Positions 24,890-37,671 of a DNA stretch of 64,000 bases are shown here, piece after piece; the first letter of the stretch is position 1; each line of letters begins with the position of its first letter. The stretch is from Azolla caroliniana. Lineage: Eukaryota > Plantae > Polypodiophyta. The position numbers and the translations under genes are program-made. The notes below the pieces were generated by a model. That model searched no databases. It saw only the letters and a program-made list of their open reading frames with translations, and was not told the origin of the DNA. The stretch is from positions 7,378,001 through 7,442,000 of the forward strand of contig JBHGNT010000012.1 of assembly GCA_043228905.1 (NCBI GenBank), in the 5' to 3' direction.

Positions 24890-25514
24890 ACAAAAAAACA
24901 ATCAGCTGTTGTAAATCATACATAATTTGATTTGCCTGTCAACATGTTCTGGGACTTGATAATATCATATGCCCCTTTTTCTCTGGCAGTGTAAATGAAA
25001 AATAGAATCGTGATTTGGAGTCTACAAGAAGCTTCAAAACATCACAATTTTGCCTTGTTCAGCAATAATGTTATGTTATTCCCTCCACACATAAAAAAGA
25101 AAAAGAAAAAGAAAAATTCTTTCAAACCATAATACATAATTTTTTTTGAGATAAGAGGTATTTCATGTTAAGATGTATAGTAATGACATTTGTTTTATTT
25201 TATTTTATTTTAATTTTTGAGTCAAGTATTGAGACAAGCTACCACTGGACCATCTTTTACACTTTAAGGTATTTGTATTGTATTTGTTACAAACTTTCCA
25301 CAAAGTCCATCTTAACTTGGGTTTTCATGTTCAACAACAAGTTTTTCAAGAATAAAGCTTTGAGTCGATGTGCATCCTTTTTTATGTGATTTTGATTGTC
25401 TATTGTTAATTCATGTTTTTGTGGAAAAGAGCCTACATGTATTCAGTCTTGTTAGTTTAAATTTTGATTCAAATGTAGTCATAGTAACTGTGCACATAAT
25501 AGTTTATTGGTAAA

Positions 25515-25608
25515 ACACCAAGAATATACCTAACATGTTTGATATATTTACTAGGACACCCCAAGAATATACCCAACATGTTTGATATATTTACTAAGAC
25601 ACCCCAAG
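25515..25608. repeat. 43-bp tandem duplication
   Basis: ACACC(CC)AAGAATATACCYAACATGTTTGATATATTTACTARG, two copies plus a partial third. Confidence 0.8.
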
Positions 25609-25969
25609 ATTTAAACAATGATTGAACTAATCCTTCAATGTAGAAAATTTTATTTTATATTGCATGCTTCAAAGGACCAATGTATGTTGTAGGTTTAGGG
25701 TTAGGGTTGATAATTTTGATAGTGATGATGATTAGCATTGATGAAGATAGAAATGGTGGAATAGGGTTATGGATGGAATGTTGATTATTGATGAAGAAGA
25801 TGGTGTTGAATGTTGATACACATTGCGGGGTAGTGATAATAATGAAGATGGAAATGGTGATGGCGAGATTGATAAACATTTAGGGTTGCTAAATTGATAA
25901 GCATTGGGGGGTGGAGGGTGGTGCCTAGAATGGCTCCACCCCCCTCCCAAGGGGGTTCAATGTTAGGGA

Positions 25970-27345
25970 GATAGATAGATAGATTATATTATCGTCTTCG
26001 GAGGTCAAATATGACCTATGAGACCAAAAATATTACATTTCACGTGATATGTGTGAAAGTGTGTAGTGACTCTTGATGTCCAAGAACTTTATCAATGAAT
26101 GTTCCAATCGAGAGTGCACATTGTGGTTATGAGAGAAATTCGTGCAAGGATAGGGCTCGATTGAAGATGTGTGGAAAGCATGGTTGAATGTAATAAAAGG
26201 CAAAGCATTGTATCAAAGTGTGATACTCAGACTCTCAAACTTGTTTAGGGCAAATTATGTATAGTTGACCACTCTCATCACTTGTGCCCCAATGCCCTGT
26301 CTCACATCGCAATGCATGTGAGCTAAGTCGCATGGAAGCAATGGTTCGAATGGCAGATAACGGTATGGGCTCTAACATGTATCGATGTGTACAGTTTCCC
26401 CGTTCTGCAAAGAATATGGTTTTGTAGTTAGGTGCAACATGTGTAGTATAATGTGTGAAGCGTGAGCCTCCACATTTGTCCCATGTCATGATTCATTGGC
26501 GTTGCAAAAAGCCCTCATTTATAGAGGAATCTAGTGATGCATCATGAAGCAAGTGTCTCGCATCCCATCTACCAAACCAATTTTCTATATCTTGCATCCA
26601 ACCGGAACACAAAATTTTGCTTTTATGCGTCTTTTGGATCTTTTGGCTTGCTTCCCATGCAATTCTAGGAAGTCGATATGAGGGCCTTTTTTGAACCTTA
26701 AGCATGTATTCAACAACCCTTTCCGTGGCCATGATCTCAATGGGAAGCGATCCTGTCTCAAGGAGGAGGGTGTAGGGCGTTTGTTTGTTAACTTGTAAAA
26801 ACTTTGTAAGAAAATATTTTTGGACATTTTCAAAATCTTTCCACATAGATTTAGGGATGCTACCGCCCCATACTCCCACCCCATAGAGAAGAACCGGTGT
26901 CACCAAAGTGTCGAAAAGATATTTCTTGAGGACCCAACACTTAATATCTCCAAGATTGCATGTGTTCTCAAATGCATAGTATGATCACTTACCCGTCTCT
27001 AAGATGCGTGTAGCACATTCATTCCATCTATGATTTGAAGGAACTTCAAGGCCAAGATATTTGAAGCTTTCCACACATTCAAGTGGCTCATTGTTGTACA
27101 TAATGCATGGTTTATCTCTTTTTTGGCTCTTCACAAGCATAATCTTTGTTTTAGAGCTATTGACATTTAATTTAGTATGCATGCAAATTTTTTCCAATGC
27201 CTTCATAAGCTTTTGTGCATCTCCTAAAGTATTTGCAAAAAGCACTACATCATCTGCATATAGCAAAAGCATAATCACAAAATTCCCAATGGCAACTTCT
27301 TCAACACATTCTTCCTTTGCAAACTTGGTAACCATAATGGTGAAT
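25970..27345 (-). mobile_element. 5'-truncated RTE-like LINE with (ATCT)n tail
   Basis: RT motifs LLYADDVVLFA, NSSKTKIM, FKYLG; VTPVLLYG; C-terminal SSHALRCETG..ICP; 3' UTR ending in ATCTATCTATCT at 25970-25984. Confidence 0.85.
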
Positions 27346-27859
27346 GGGTCGTTGTCTTCATATTCAATTGCTCCGTACGTAGTCGTAGGTGAATGTCTTT
27401 CCCACCTGCAACTTGCCTTCACCTTCAGACTTTGCAAGAATAAGAAGCAAGTCCCCTTCTTCCTCACTATAGATCAATGTCCACTCCACATCGGGGTAGC
27501 TCTTCAGGCGAGGCTCCCCACTCTTTTTGCCTAAAGTCTTCGACATGTTACTAATAAAAGACTTTGAAGTGTCGTCACCTCTTGACTCGATAAATGCTTT
27601 GTGAGAATAAACTTTCATCATGGTGTCTATATTGTTGACTTACTGGCATCACTCAGAGTCCAATATATATTGTCGACTTATTGGCATAGATTGAGTTGAT
27701 AGAAATACATGCATTGCTTCCACTATCATGAAAAATCCATCACTACGTGTGGATTGTGAGGTGGAACCGTGGGGGTCCTAGACCGGAAGGATTCAAAGTT
27801 TGCACTAGCTTTAGCGAGAAAGGATTTAAGATAGATCGAGAGAGATTGATATGGAGAGA

Positions 27860-28140
27860 AACAAATTGAGATTAAACCCTTAATTTAGATTTGAGAGACA
27901 AGATACATCACCATTAGGATAACTTGTTTATTATTATTATTATTAATTTCTTCATTACCCCCATCTTGCTTGACCTCCATTCTTTTATAGACCCCCCCAT
28001 GCATATGATGCATGGGAGGGTGCAAGACATGCATGCATCGCATGAAATGCATGCGATGCATGTTTGCCATGTCACTCATCCAAGCTCTATGTATGAGATT
28101 TTACATATAAAAAGTACAATGATAAAAATATAACTTTAAA
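27860..28140 (-). repeat. LTR-like (U3/R-like) repeat related to 32580-33202, in inverted orientation
   Basis: Shared CATGTC(T/A)TGCACCCTC..CATCATATGCATG..TATAAA..AAACAAGTTA..GTATCTTGT..GGGTTTAA. Confidence 0.45.
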
Positions 28141-28869
28141 GTCATTACTTACCTTAGTGGTAAATCATGTGGCTCTTATGTAGGAGGTGCAAGGTTCAAA
28201 TTCTTATTTACACCCCTGTAAACACAAAATTTTACAAGGCTTTAGTCTTGTTTTAACAAATGTTTAACTGCATATCACATCTTCAGTTGACCTCCAATGA
28301 ACTAATGGAACCATTAGACAATTTTGTTCGTTTCACATCGAAAAATCTTCAAGACACCGTGCGTCGCTATCAACCTATTCAACCGACCTGACCAGTTCGT
28401 TTGTCTGATCCCAACCGGTTCGATCCACATTCCGTCTAGTTCCGTCGTCGTCCGTCCGTTCCGGTTCTGGTTCTCCAAAACCATTTTGAACAACTTGGCC
28501 ACATCCATTCGTCCCAGTTATATAACCTATCCTTTTTGTGCTCCTAACACATAGATAAAATATAAAGGGGTATGTAGGATATCTACTTATATAATCTTGA
28601 ATCCTGATGGTGTCCTATCTATGTGGGATATCTCACAGTTTTGTTTTCCTCTTCTTCTTCTCAAACTTCACACTCACATAACTTGACACTAAGTTGTTTG
28701 TTTCACATGTAGTAAAATGCATTCAGAAGCTCTTGAAGACATCCATCTTTTCGTACCAAGATATTAAAATAATATAAAATAATATCTTCACTATTATTGT
28801 TTCATATTGTGTGTGAAGAACCACACTCAATTTTGTACATTGCATGCAATTTTCACACCGTTGCCGAAA

Positions 28870-31800
28870 ATCTTTACAACACCGCAAACAAGAGAAATAA
28901 AAATGGTGCAAGTGGACATCCTTGACAGACTGCCCAAGTAATGTTAAACCGAGGTCCTACTCCTCCTACCAACAACACCTGACTATGTGCATTCCTATAA
29001 TGACAAGATTTAACACCCTTAATCCATGCCGTGTTAAAGCCTAGGCGATGCATAGTACCTTCCAAAAACTTCCGGTCAACCCTATCATATGCTTTCTCAA
29101 AATCCAACAACAACACTGCTAAGTTTTGCTTGTTTTTCACTTCTACTGCAGTGGCCTCCCAAAATGTTAAAACATTATCCATAATGCTCATTTCCCTCAT
29201 AAAACCAGTTTGTGATACATGAATTATCTTTGGTAGCACCTCTTGTAATCGAAGACTAAGCATCTTACCAAATATCTTATAACTAGTATTCAAGAGGGTG
29301 ATCGGCCTCCACTTACGAATATCTTCCGAAACCCCCTCGGCTTTAGTTATAAGATAAATAATCCCCTTCGATAACAACATGGGATCTCTCCACTTTCAAA
29401 CATATGTTGGTAAGCATCTGTTAAGTCTTCCTTCAATATCCCCCAATATTTCTTATAGAATTTAGGTGTAAGACTATCCACTTCAGGGCAACTATTATCT
29501 GATAATGAGTGTAGCGCATGTTCCAACTCCAGCTTTATAATAGGTGACATCCATGAATCTTGCATTGCTCGAGTAACCTTGGGCTAAATTTCTGCCCATA
29601 CCTTCATTCTATTTTGTTTGATATCCTCAGAAATAGGCTCTTTTGATTGAAGCCCAATGTAAAACTTTGTGGCAATTTCCCGCACGACATTTGGTTCCAT
29701 TTCAAGTTCACCATTTTCATTCCGCATACAACAGGTTATATTAGACACTCTCTTGGGGTCTTTAATATTAAAAAATTGGCTAGTACATCTATCCCCAATT
29801 TTTGTCCATCTTGAGGCAAAGTTGTGGTAATAAAATTGACTACGATAGTCTTCCATATGTTGAACCTATTTTCGGGCTTCTTCAAGATGCAAAGCTACCC
29901 ATGTTCACTCTGGTCGGCCTTGTTGCAATCTTTGCAAAGATATTAACGTTGCTCGCATCCTGCTTTCCTTCTCATGATATTCCATATATTCAGATTTTGA
30001 TTTCAACTCAAAATATTGTGATAGCCCCATCAAAGCATAAGCCACCTTGGTTGAAATGGAAACATCCATATTATCTTTCCTTCGCCAAATATCTCTCACT
30101 TGAATATACCATCGATCGTCCAACATTACTTTTTCAGGTATCCTAAATCGTATGGACACCATTTTCGATTGACCAAAGGTTCTGAATATAACAGGAGCAT
30201 GATCGGAGAAAATGGTCCCTGGCATAATCTTGATATTCCTCCACATAAAACCTATCCAACCTTGAGACATTGGTTCCTTCAATTCTCATATCAGAACGTG
30301 AGAAATGCAAGGATTCCTGAGATCTATACACGTTAGGCATATGCCATAAATCCAAATACTTAATTTCAAACACATTCGTTCCCAGACTGCTAGTTCCTCC
30401 CCATGAATTGTTTCCACACTCCCTCCTTTTCTATCAATCGGGTCCTCAATCATGTTAAAATCCCCCGCAACACACCAAAGAGGCACGTCTGGTAATGCAA
30501 ATTTCGTAAGTTCTCACGGAAAGTGTTTTCTGGCCAATACCCGATTTGGCGCATAAATATTCAAGTAACCCCAAGTTGTGTGCATATCCTACATCACAAT
30601 ATATTGTGCTCTTCCTAGCACCATGATCTCTTTACATATAATACTTGACTTCCAATGATGTGTTATTGCCATACACACCCTGCCTTGTGTACGACTAGTG
30701 CCAATAGCTGGGGACCAAAACATCTCCCAACTACCAGGTAGTATAGTGCCATGGTTCCGTATTCATTGCTAATTCAAATGATGTTCTTGAAACATCATAA
30801 TATCCCACGGTCCATTCGTAAGACACTTCTGTAATTCTTGTCTTAACCTGCCTCTATATCTTCGGTACAAGGGGCCTCCCAAGCCCTGAACATTCAAAGT
30901 GAGGATCCTCATTAACAATTGGTAGAGGCCGAACCGGACCCGAGCCTAAGAGTCTCAAAGGATGGCTCCATGGAGCTTACCCCAATTGAGGGCTTTGTAC
31001 ATACCTGGCAAAATGCAAAACTTGTCATCTCATGGCCAACATAACATCAGGGTGATTCCATACATTTTTCTCATAGCCACATAATGGAAAGGAATAACCT
31101 ACGAATGGGTTTTCCAAATGCTTCTGTCGAAATAGAACATGTACCCTTATTGCAGTGGGCTCATGAACATTCTTAACACCCAAATGTTTTGTAAAATCAT
31201 GTCCAAAGGGGGCTGCATAGTCATGTATCGAAAAATCACCAGTTCATGTATCCTCCTTCAACATCCCACAAGTTCTTATAGTGACCGTATTATCTAGTTT
31301 TCTTGAATGTAACATTCTTTTCGACGCCAATGTTCTAGTTACACACGGTCCATCATTTGGTTGGATGGTACCAATACCCTTTTCCCTTATCTCACTAGTG
31401 GATGTTGTTTGTTCTTGCATATAAGCTTCTATGTCCAAGGCATTGTACACATCAGGGGTGAGGCATATGTCTTGAGTAGGCACCGTACATGACTTGCATC
31501 CATGATTAGCCTTTACACTCATCCATTGATCTTCTCTTGTTTCCCCTTGTGCCCTTACACCCATATAATCTGAGGCTAACCTGTCCTGGAAATTATCTAC
31601 GTCATGCCCATCTTGTTTACAATGCTCGCAATGACGTTCCCCCCCCCCCCCCCAAATTATCATTTCTCTTTGGAGAATTCTTGGCTAAGTGTCCCATTTC
31701 CCCCAAATTATCATTTCTCTTTAGAAAATTCTTGGCTAAGTGTCCCATTTGCCGACAATAAAAAAATTGTCCTGGGAGTTTGGCAAACTCCATCTTCTAT

Positions 31801-32490
31801 TTGATAAAATCTCCTTCTACATTTGGTAGCATTATCTTTGTCGGTAAGTTCGAGTGATTCTACCAAGATTCGAGTCGATGGGAATCCTGACATTTTAGTT
31901 ATTCGTGCCACCATACTTTCTTGGACCTTCACTACTATTCTGATTCTCAAAGCTATCGCTCCAAGCATCGGCAAATATTCCTTACGCAATCTCGGGAAAA
32001 CAATCGTGAGCGGAAATATCCGATCGCCTTGCCGTATTGTATTGCCTCCACATGATTAAAACCTTGTTTCCAAGGCATCACAAATGCATGGGCACCTCTT
32101 ACATCAAGCGGACTATGCTCCAACATCATGCCCACCAATTCAATGGTATCCAATTCCACATGATAAAAACCTCTTCCCATAACTTGGACATCCCTTATCC
32201 TACCAATTAATCCATGCATAGATGCTTGTAAAATATCTTTGCACTCACCTCTATTCAGCCGAGCTCCCACCACTCTACAAATCACAGAGAGTTGGGTTAG
32301 ACATTGAACCTCCGACCTGAAATCAACTTTCTCTTCGGGCGAGAATACAATTGGCAAAGGTCGCTCCTTGGAATCTACTAGCATGGATGCTTCTTTAGAG
32401 TTCCCCTGTTGTGTCATTGAGGTAGTTCTTTGTTGTGTGCTCTCTCTTCCATGTTCCTCCATCTCGTTTTCAATATTCAACTTGTCCACT
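28870..32490 (-). mobile_element. Degenerate L1-clade LINE with ORF1 and 3'-truncated ORF2
   Basis: ORF1 DUF4283-like 'VICRVVG...DVQVMGRGFYHVEL' plus knuckle-like CEHCKQDGH. ORF2 from about 30912: MRILTLNVQGLG, WCVAGDFNMIED, SRLDRFYV, FSDHAPV, WRPITLLNTSYKI, LLDFEKAYDRV, QGCPLAP. Confidence 0.9.
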
Positions 32491-32579
32491 CAAATATTAT
32501 ATTAAGTGACATTTGAGAGACTTAAACCCATAATCTTGTATACCAATTACGAAGTACAAACCATTTAAGGATAAATGAT

Positions 32580-33202
32580 TTATTATACTTGTATTTTCAT
32601 CATTATGCTTATGGACTATATATTTTCATACATGGGAGCTCACATGAGCAAGATGGTTATCATGCATCACATGTAATGCATATGCGCCAAATGGTGATCA
32701 TGCATTGCTTGCATGTCATGCACCCTCACATCATCATATGCATGAGAGCACATATAAAGAGAGGGAAGCAATCAAGGGAAGGAGGCAAGTTAGAAAATCA
32801 AGGATTCAAGGAAGAGATAAGTTTAGATAATTAATTAAAAAAACAAGTTAACTCAATTGGGAAGTATCTTGTTTCTCGAAATTGAAGTCAAGGGGTTTAA
32901 GCAAGAGTTTGGTAGAGAAACGTTTCATATTTGCGATTGAGCATTGTAAAGTTGGTAAAATCTTGTATTTTCAATATAAAGAATATTCTTATCGTATACT
33001 CTTGTACTCTTGCTTCTTAAATCATACATTGCCTCTATCTCTTGTTCTTGTTCGTCTCTCTCTCGGACATTATTTTTATCTTTTATTCGTCGTAGTCTTA
33101 ATCTTTGTGACATCATCATGCAATCCTTATTTAAAATGTTTCTCAAAATCCCCTTAACCTTAGTCCTTGTGACTTTGCCACACGAACCACAACTATCCTG
33201 AC
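32580..33202 (+). mobile_element. Probable LTR remnant
   Basis: TATA-like CATATAAAG, pyrimidine-rich U5-like tail ending CCTGACA; similar to 27860-28140. No TSD found. Confidence 0.4.
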
Positions 33203-33229
33203 AACGGTGCATGCCTCGATAAAGGACCT

Positions 33230-34150
33230 ACACATCCTTGCTATGAGGACGTTTTGAGGTGTTAGATAAAAAAGGTTGGTTATGAAGTGGCTCATGAGCT
33301 TATCATCTAACATTTTATCGCTCTTGTTGCATCGATGAGGCTCTTGGTGTGACGTATGTAGTTGTGGACTGCCTCCCTAACTTCTCGTTTAAGTGAGAAA
33401 TGTTGGTCAATCAGGTTCTACTTGTTCTCATGCCATGCGAAATTTGTCAAAAAGTCTTCGATGACAAAGTCAAAATCTATCACTATGTCTTCGACGAGGG
33501 TCCGGAACCATATATCGGCTTGATCATCGAGTGTGAGGCCAAAAGCGGCAACCTTTGTGGCTTCTATGATTGGTTCATAAACTCGACTTATTTTCTTTAA
33601 TTGTTCCAGATGATCATATGCATCTCCGAATCCAAGGAAACGGGGAACTAACTTTGAGATCCCCACACTTTTCTCGTTATTGTTCATGTGGTGTATCGTT
33701 CCTTCTCCATCATTGATACAAAAGTTTGGATGGATTGTAAAGTCACTACTAAATCAACGTTTTCAGGTGAGTGGGGTGTTCGGTTTGTGGTTGTGTTGAT
33801 GTCTGGGACCCATAAAACTGGTGGTCCTTCAAGCTTGTTCTTGGTTAGAACTCCTGCTTGTTGTGCTAGAGTCAGGATTTGTGTCAGACTCATCTTGAAG
33901 GCGAGGTTGGTTGTATTGATGGTGCAATGTTGCCTCAAGGAGTGCAAGTTTTTGTAGTGCTCTTGCGTATGCCCCCTTTCCTTCTGACAATGTTGCCTCA
34001 ATTTCTTGAATGAGCAAGTCAGGTCGGCCTCCCTTTGTGAGTTGGACCGTCCATAATTTGATCTCTTGTTCGATAGCTTGAATTTCTTGTGTCATACCTT
34101 GGATATGTCATTTTATGTCTTGCCGGTCAAGGACTTCCATGGTGGAAGGG
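33230..34150 (-). mobile_element. Ty3/Gypsy gag-like relic
   Basis: 'PRFLGFGDAYDHLEQL...KVAAFGLTLDDQADIWFRTL' resembles the retrotransposon gag capsid region; fragmented. Confidence 0.55.
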
Positions 34151-35629
34151 CTAGGGGCAAGGTTTATATTTGGTAATGCCCCTGGGATTAGCCGGTCTCT
34201 CTCAATAGACATTATTATCTCTTATTTCTACTTGTCAAAAGCTCACATGTTTCAAAGGCTCCCGCTTGTCCAAAGTTTTCTCTTTTCAAATGCTCGCTTA
34301 TGACCGTTACATCTGAATTCAAAATTTGCGCCACTTGCAGATTCAATTTGTCAGTTGTCTTGAATGTTGTTCAAAGCTAATCGCATTGGTTGTACTTTAA
34401 TTTGAAAGCAACTAACACTTGCCAAGAACAATTAGTAAAAACCAGACGATTTGTATGCTAATGTCCAGGTGATTAGGAAAAATAAAAACAAAAAATGAAA
34501 ATGATGGGATGTTAAGTACACAAAGGTCTAATGTAATTAAAAAACGGTATGGTTCACTTTGAACTTAATCTCTTCTTCACTAAGTAACTTGCCTCATGAA
34601 GTTATGCAAAGCTTGTCGATAGCTTCAAGTGTTAGCCACAATGTTTTTGATTGTTCGCTTTTATAGCTTTTACAAAGTAAGTGTTTGTTTCACACTAGGT
34701 AGCCCATTGGCTTACATTTCATCCTACTCAGTTTGTTCTATCCCCTTTTTCTTAGATTGGTTTCATGGTGTTCCTTGTTGGTGCCCATATCTTCACGACC
34801 AGTGCGCCACATGTCATCTACTTAGCAATCATACCCCATATGGTGGTCATGAAATGTCGAGGAATGTAAATTCTCACGAACAACAAAGAGTACCTTATTG
34901 GCTCATGTAAACTGTTTGACCCTTTCTATGTGGTCATAAACAAGGCCTACTCCCATGTGAAGGGGTTTGAGCTTTTGTATCTAGGCCAACTTATTGCTAT
35001 CATTTACATTATGGATTGGAGGATTTTTAGGAGTGTTAGATTTGGTGCTATTGTCTCCATGTTTTGGTGTTTTTGCTTGGATTGATGGTGTACTATTGGT
35101 TGTAGAACTTGCTCTTGTTCTACATGCCTAGTGGAGTTGCTAGCCATGTTCGACTTCTTTACAATCGCGATATCCATGAAAGTGGTTATGTGTGGGTGTA
35201 AGATTTTGGCAATTTCCACACTAGACATTTCTGCACGCACCAATAGGCTATTACAAAAAAAGTTCGCTCCACTAGTACGGATTGGATCTTGAATTGAATT
35301 TCCTTGAGACCTTTACCTTTGGCTAGTTTGTGCAACTAGACATCGATATCTTTATTCAAGACCATGCGTCCAAGGATGATGTCTTTAAGGTCTTTAAAAC
35401 TTAGACCCCAACCAACCATACCAATAGAGAGTGAAGTTATATCCCAATATCTCGATTAATTATTGGTCTTTCGTGGTTGGCTGTTAAGGGGTGCACTTTG
35501 AGTGCTTTCTAGAGATTTTGTGATCCTCAAAAGCTTAAACACTCCCATGAGTTTGTTCGCCAACATTGTTTGTCTATGAGTAAACTGTTTCTTGGAGTTG
35601 TTTAAAGCTCCAGATGATGGGGACAACTT

Positions 35630-36085
35630 ACCCATCTACACAATGGGAGTACTAAGTAATTCTTTATGAATTAACACTAAATGATGGTTGTTTTCTAGCT
35701 CCACACAATGGAGATAGTTAAGGTTTTATGAGCTACTTCCACACGAATGGAACATGTCACTCATCCACACAATGATTGAAGCTTATTGCGCCATATGGTG
35801 GTTGTTATACCTCCACATGATGGGAGTGAGTCCTTATTAGTTATACCCATAAAATGGGAGTTGTTGCCATTTATACACGATGGTGGTTGCGTGTTAATCC
35901 ATAGAATGGAAGTCATTCACGTGTCCCCACAATGATGATGTTTGTAACTCCACACAATTGGATAATTTGAGTTTTTATGAGATAGACCCACATGAGGAGA
36001 GCGATTCACTTGTCTAAATCATGGTAACTATTTATAGCTCACCATGATTGGAAAGTTTAGTTTATCCCCATAATGGAAGTGTTTT
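35630..36085. repeat. Highly degenerate tandem array with a CCACACAATGGGAG-like core
   Basis: About 13 imperfect copies at irregular spacing of roughly 25-60 bp. Confidence 0.55.
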
Positions 36086-36197
36086 TTAGTGTTGCACAAT
36101 GTTTTGACGCAACACAAGTGAGTGGGAAAGGTGTATAGTTCTCAATGTCTATCATGAAACAAGGATATGGGGACAAAACAAGAAGCATGTATTCAAT

Positions 36198-36308
36198 TAC
36201 TAGAGTTGATTTTCTCGAGCATCAGCAATGGTAACGACCCCATGTGATACAATCTTATTAGAGTTTATTTTCTCGAGCACAACAATGGTAACGACCCCAT
36301 TTGAGATA
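36198..36308. repeat. About 58-bp tandem duplication
   Basis: TAGAGTT(G/T)ATTTTCTCGAGCA...CAATGGTAACGACCCCAT, two copies. Confidence 0.75.
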
Positions 36309-37671
36309 GGCCACACATGAGTCAACATTTAACCTTATGGCCTTACATACGGTAATCCACAAATAAACCATATTTCAACCTTATAGCAACACATCCTCTC
36401 TAACACATCAGTTAGATGTTCACATTAAGTGTTTGTCATAATGTTTATTGCAAAGAATTTTTATAGAAATTTCCTCAATAAACATATTTATGGCACTTGA
36501 CTATAAAATAACGTCAATAGATTATTTTGTTTTAACTTTGTTTTGATTTTTCTTATTTAAAAAACGCCCCTTAATTGAATTCGAATGGATAAGATTTACA
36601 TCATGTACATATTGTGAACTAAAAATAATTTCGTATTTCAATAAATTTAACAAATTAGAAGTAAACAATTAAATTAAAAAGTAGAGATGTCTAACGAAAG
36701 CATGAGAACTATATATACTCAGCTAAATTGAGAGAATAGTTGAACATCACCATGAAATTGAACAAAATGATGAGGATTACACACACAAAGATTGTTCTTG
36801 AATCCCTATCATGGTTGTTATGTAATCAGCTAAGGTGTAGACTAGGATCCAACCCACTCTCATCTTTTTGGGGATGCACATTCATGAACAAAGTACAACT
36901 TCAAGAGTACTCTTGACATGAGGGCACCGATGAGTGAATGTGATATTTTGGCCACTTGATGGACAGAGCAAGTAGTAGGAAGGGCTCATCGTTATAGTTT
37001 TTCCTTATTTAATATCATTATAACTATGTCCCTTTCACTCTTGGGAGGATATAAAAAGGTTCATAGATATTACCTTTATACCCTATTACATTGTTAGGTT
37101 CCCTCTCTCTATTGTCTTACATCTACAAGGAGTCTTCACAGAATCCTCAATTGGAACTGTAACATTGGAGGTGAGATCTGAGGTGGATATTTAATACTGT
37201 TACACGATAACAACATCATCATTTTCACTAATATTGCATATATACCATGATGGTACATCTATGCATGCATGTGACTTCTTATGTTTATCATTATTCAATC
37301 ACATTGTATTTGCATAATGTAAATTATAAATTTAGTTTCACTAGAATTTTATAATATTTCATGTAGGTGTAGACAAAAACAATGTTTGAGTATTTAAAAT
37401 GCAATTGATTTTCATCTAAGAGAAGGATTTTTTAATGCATTCATATTAGTAATATAAAAGGTAGAATATTCTCAATTTGAATTTATAAATATTTAAGGGC
37501 ACAAGTTCTTAGAAATGGTGGATGTTTATGCCAAAGGTATGTGCATTATGCATATGTGTTTATCAAATGGAACAAATGTTTTTGGTAACATATTAAAGGA
37601 AATTATATAAGGGTACTAAGCATTTAACCAATATCTTTACTACTATATCTATCCTAACATATTTGCAATCA

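Noticed and set aside
25905-25945. GGGGTGGAG...CTCCACCCC hairpin as a Helitron 3' end
   Set aside because: No appropriately placed CTRR terminus or other Helitron sequence.
28150-28205. A/B-box-like tRNA remnant
   Set aside because: Too degenerate, with no cloverleaf or boundaries.
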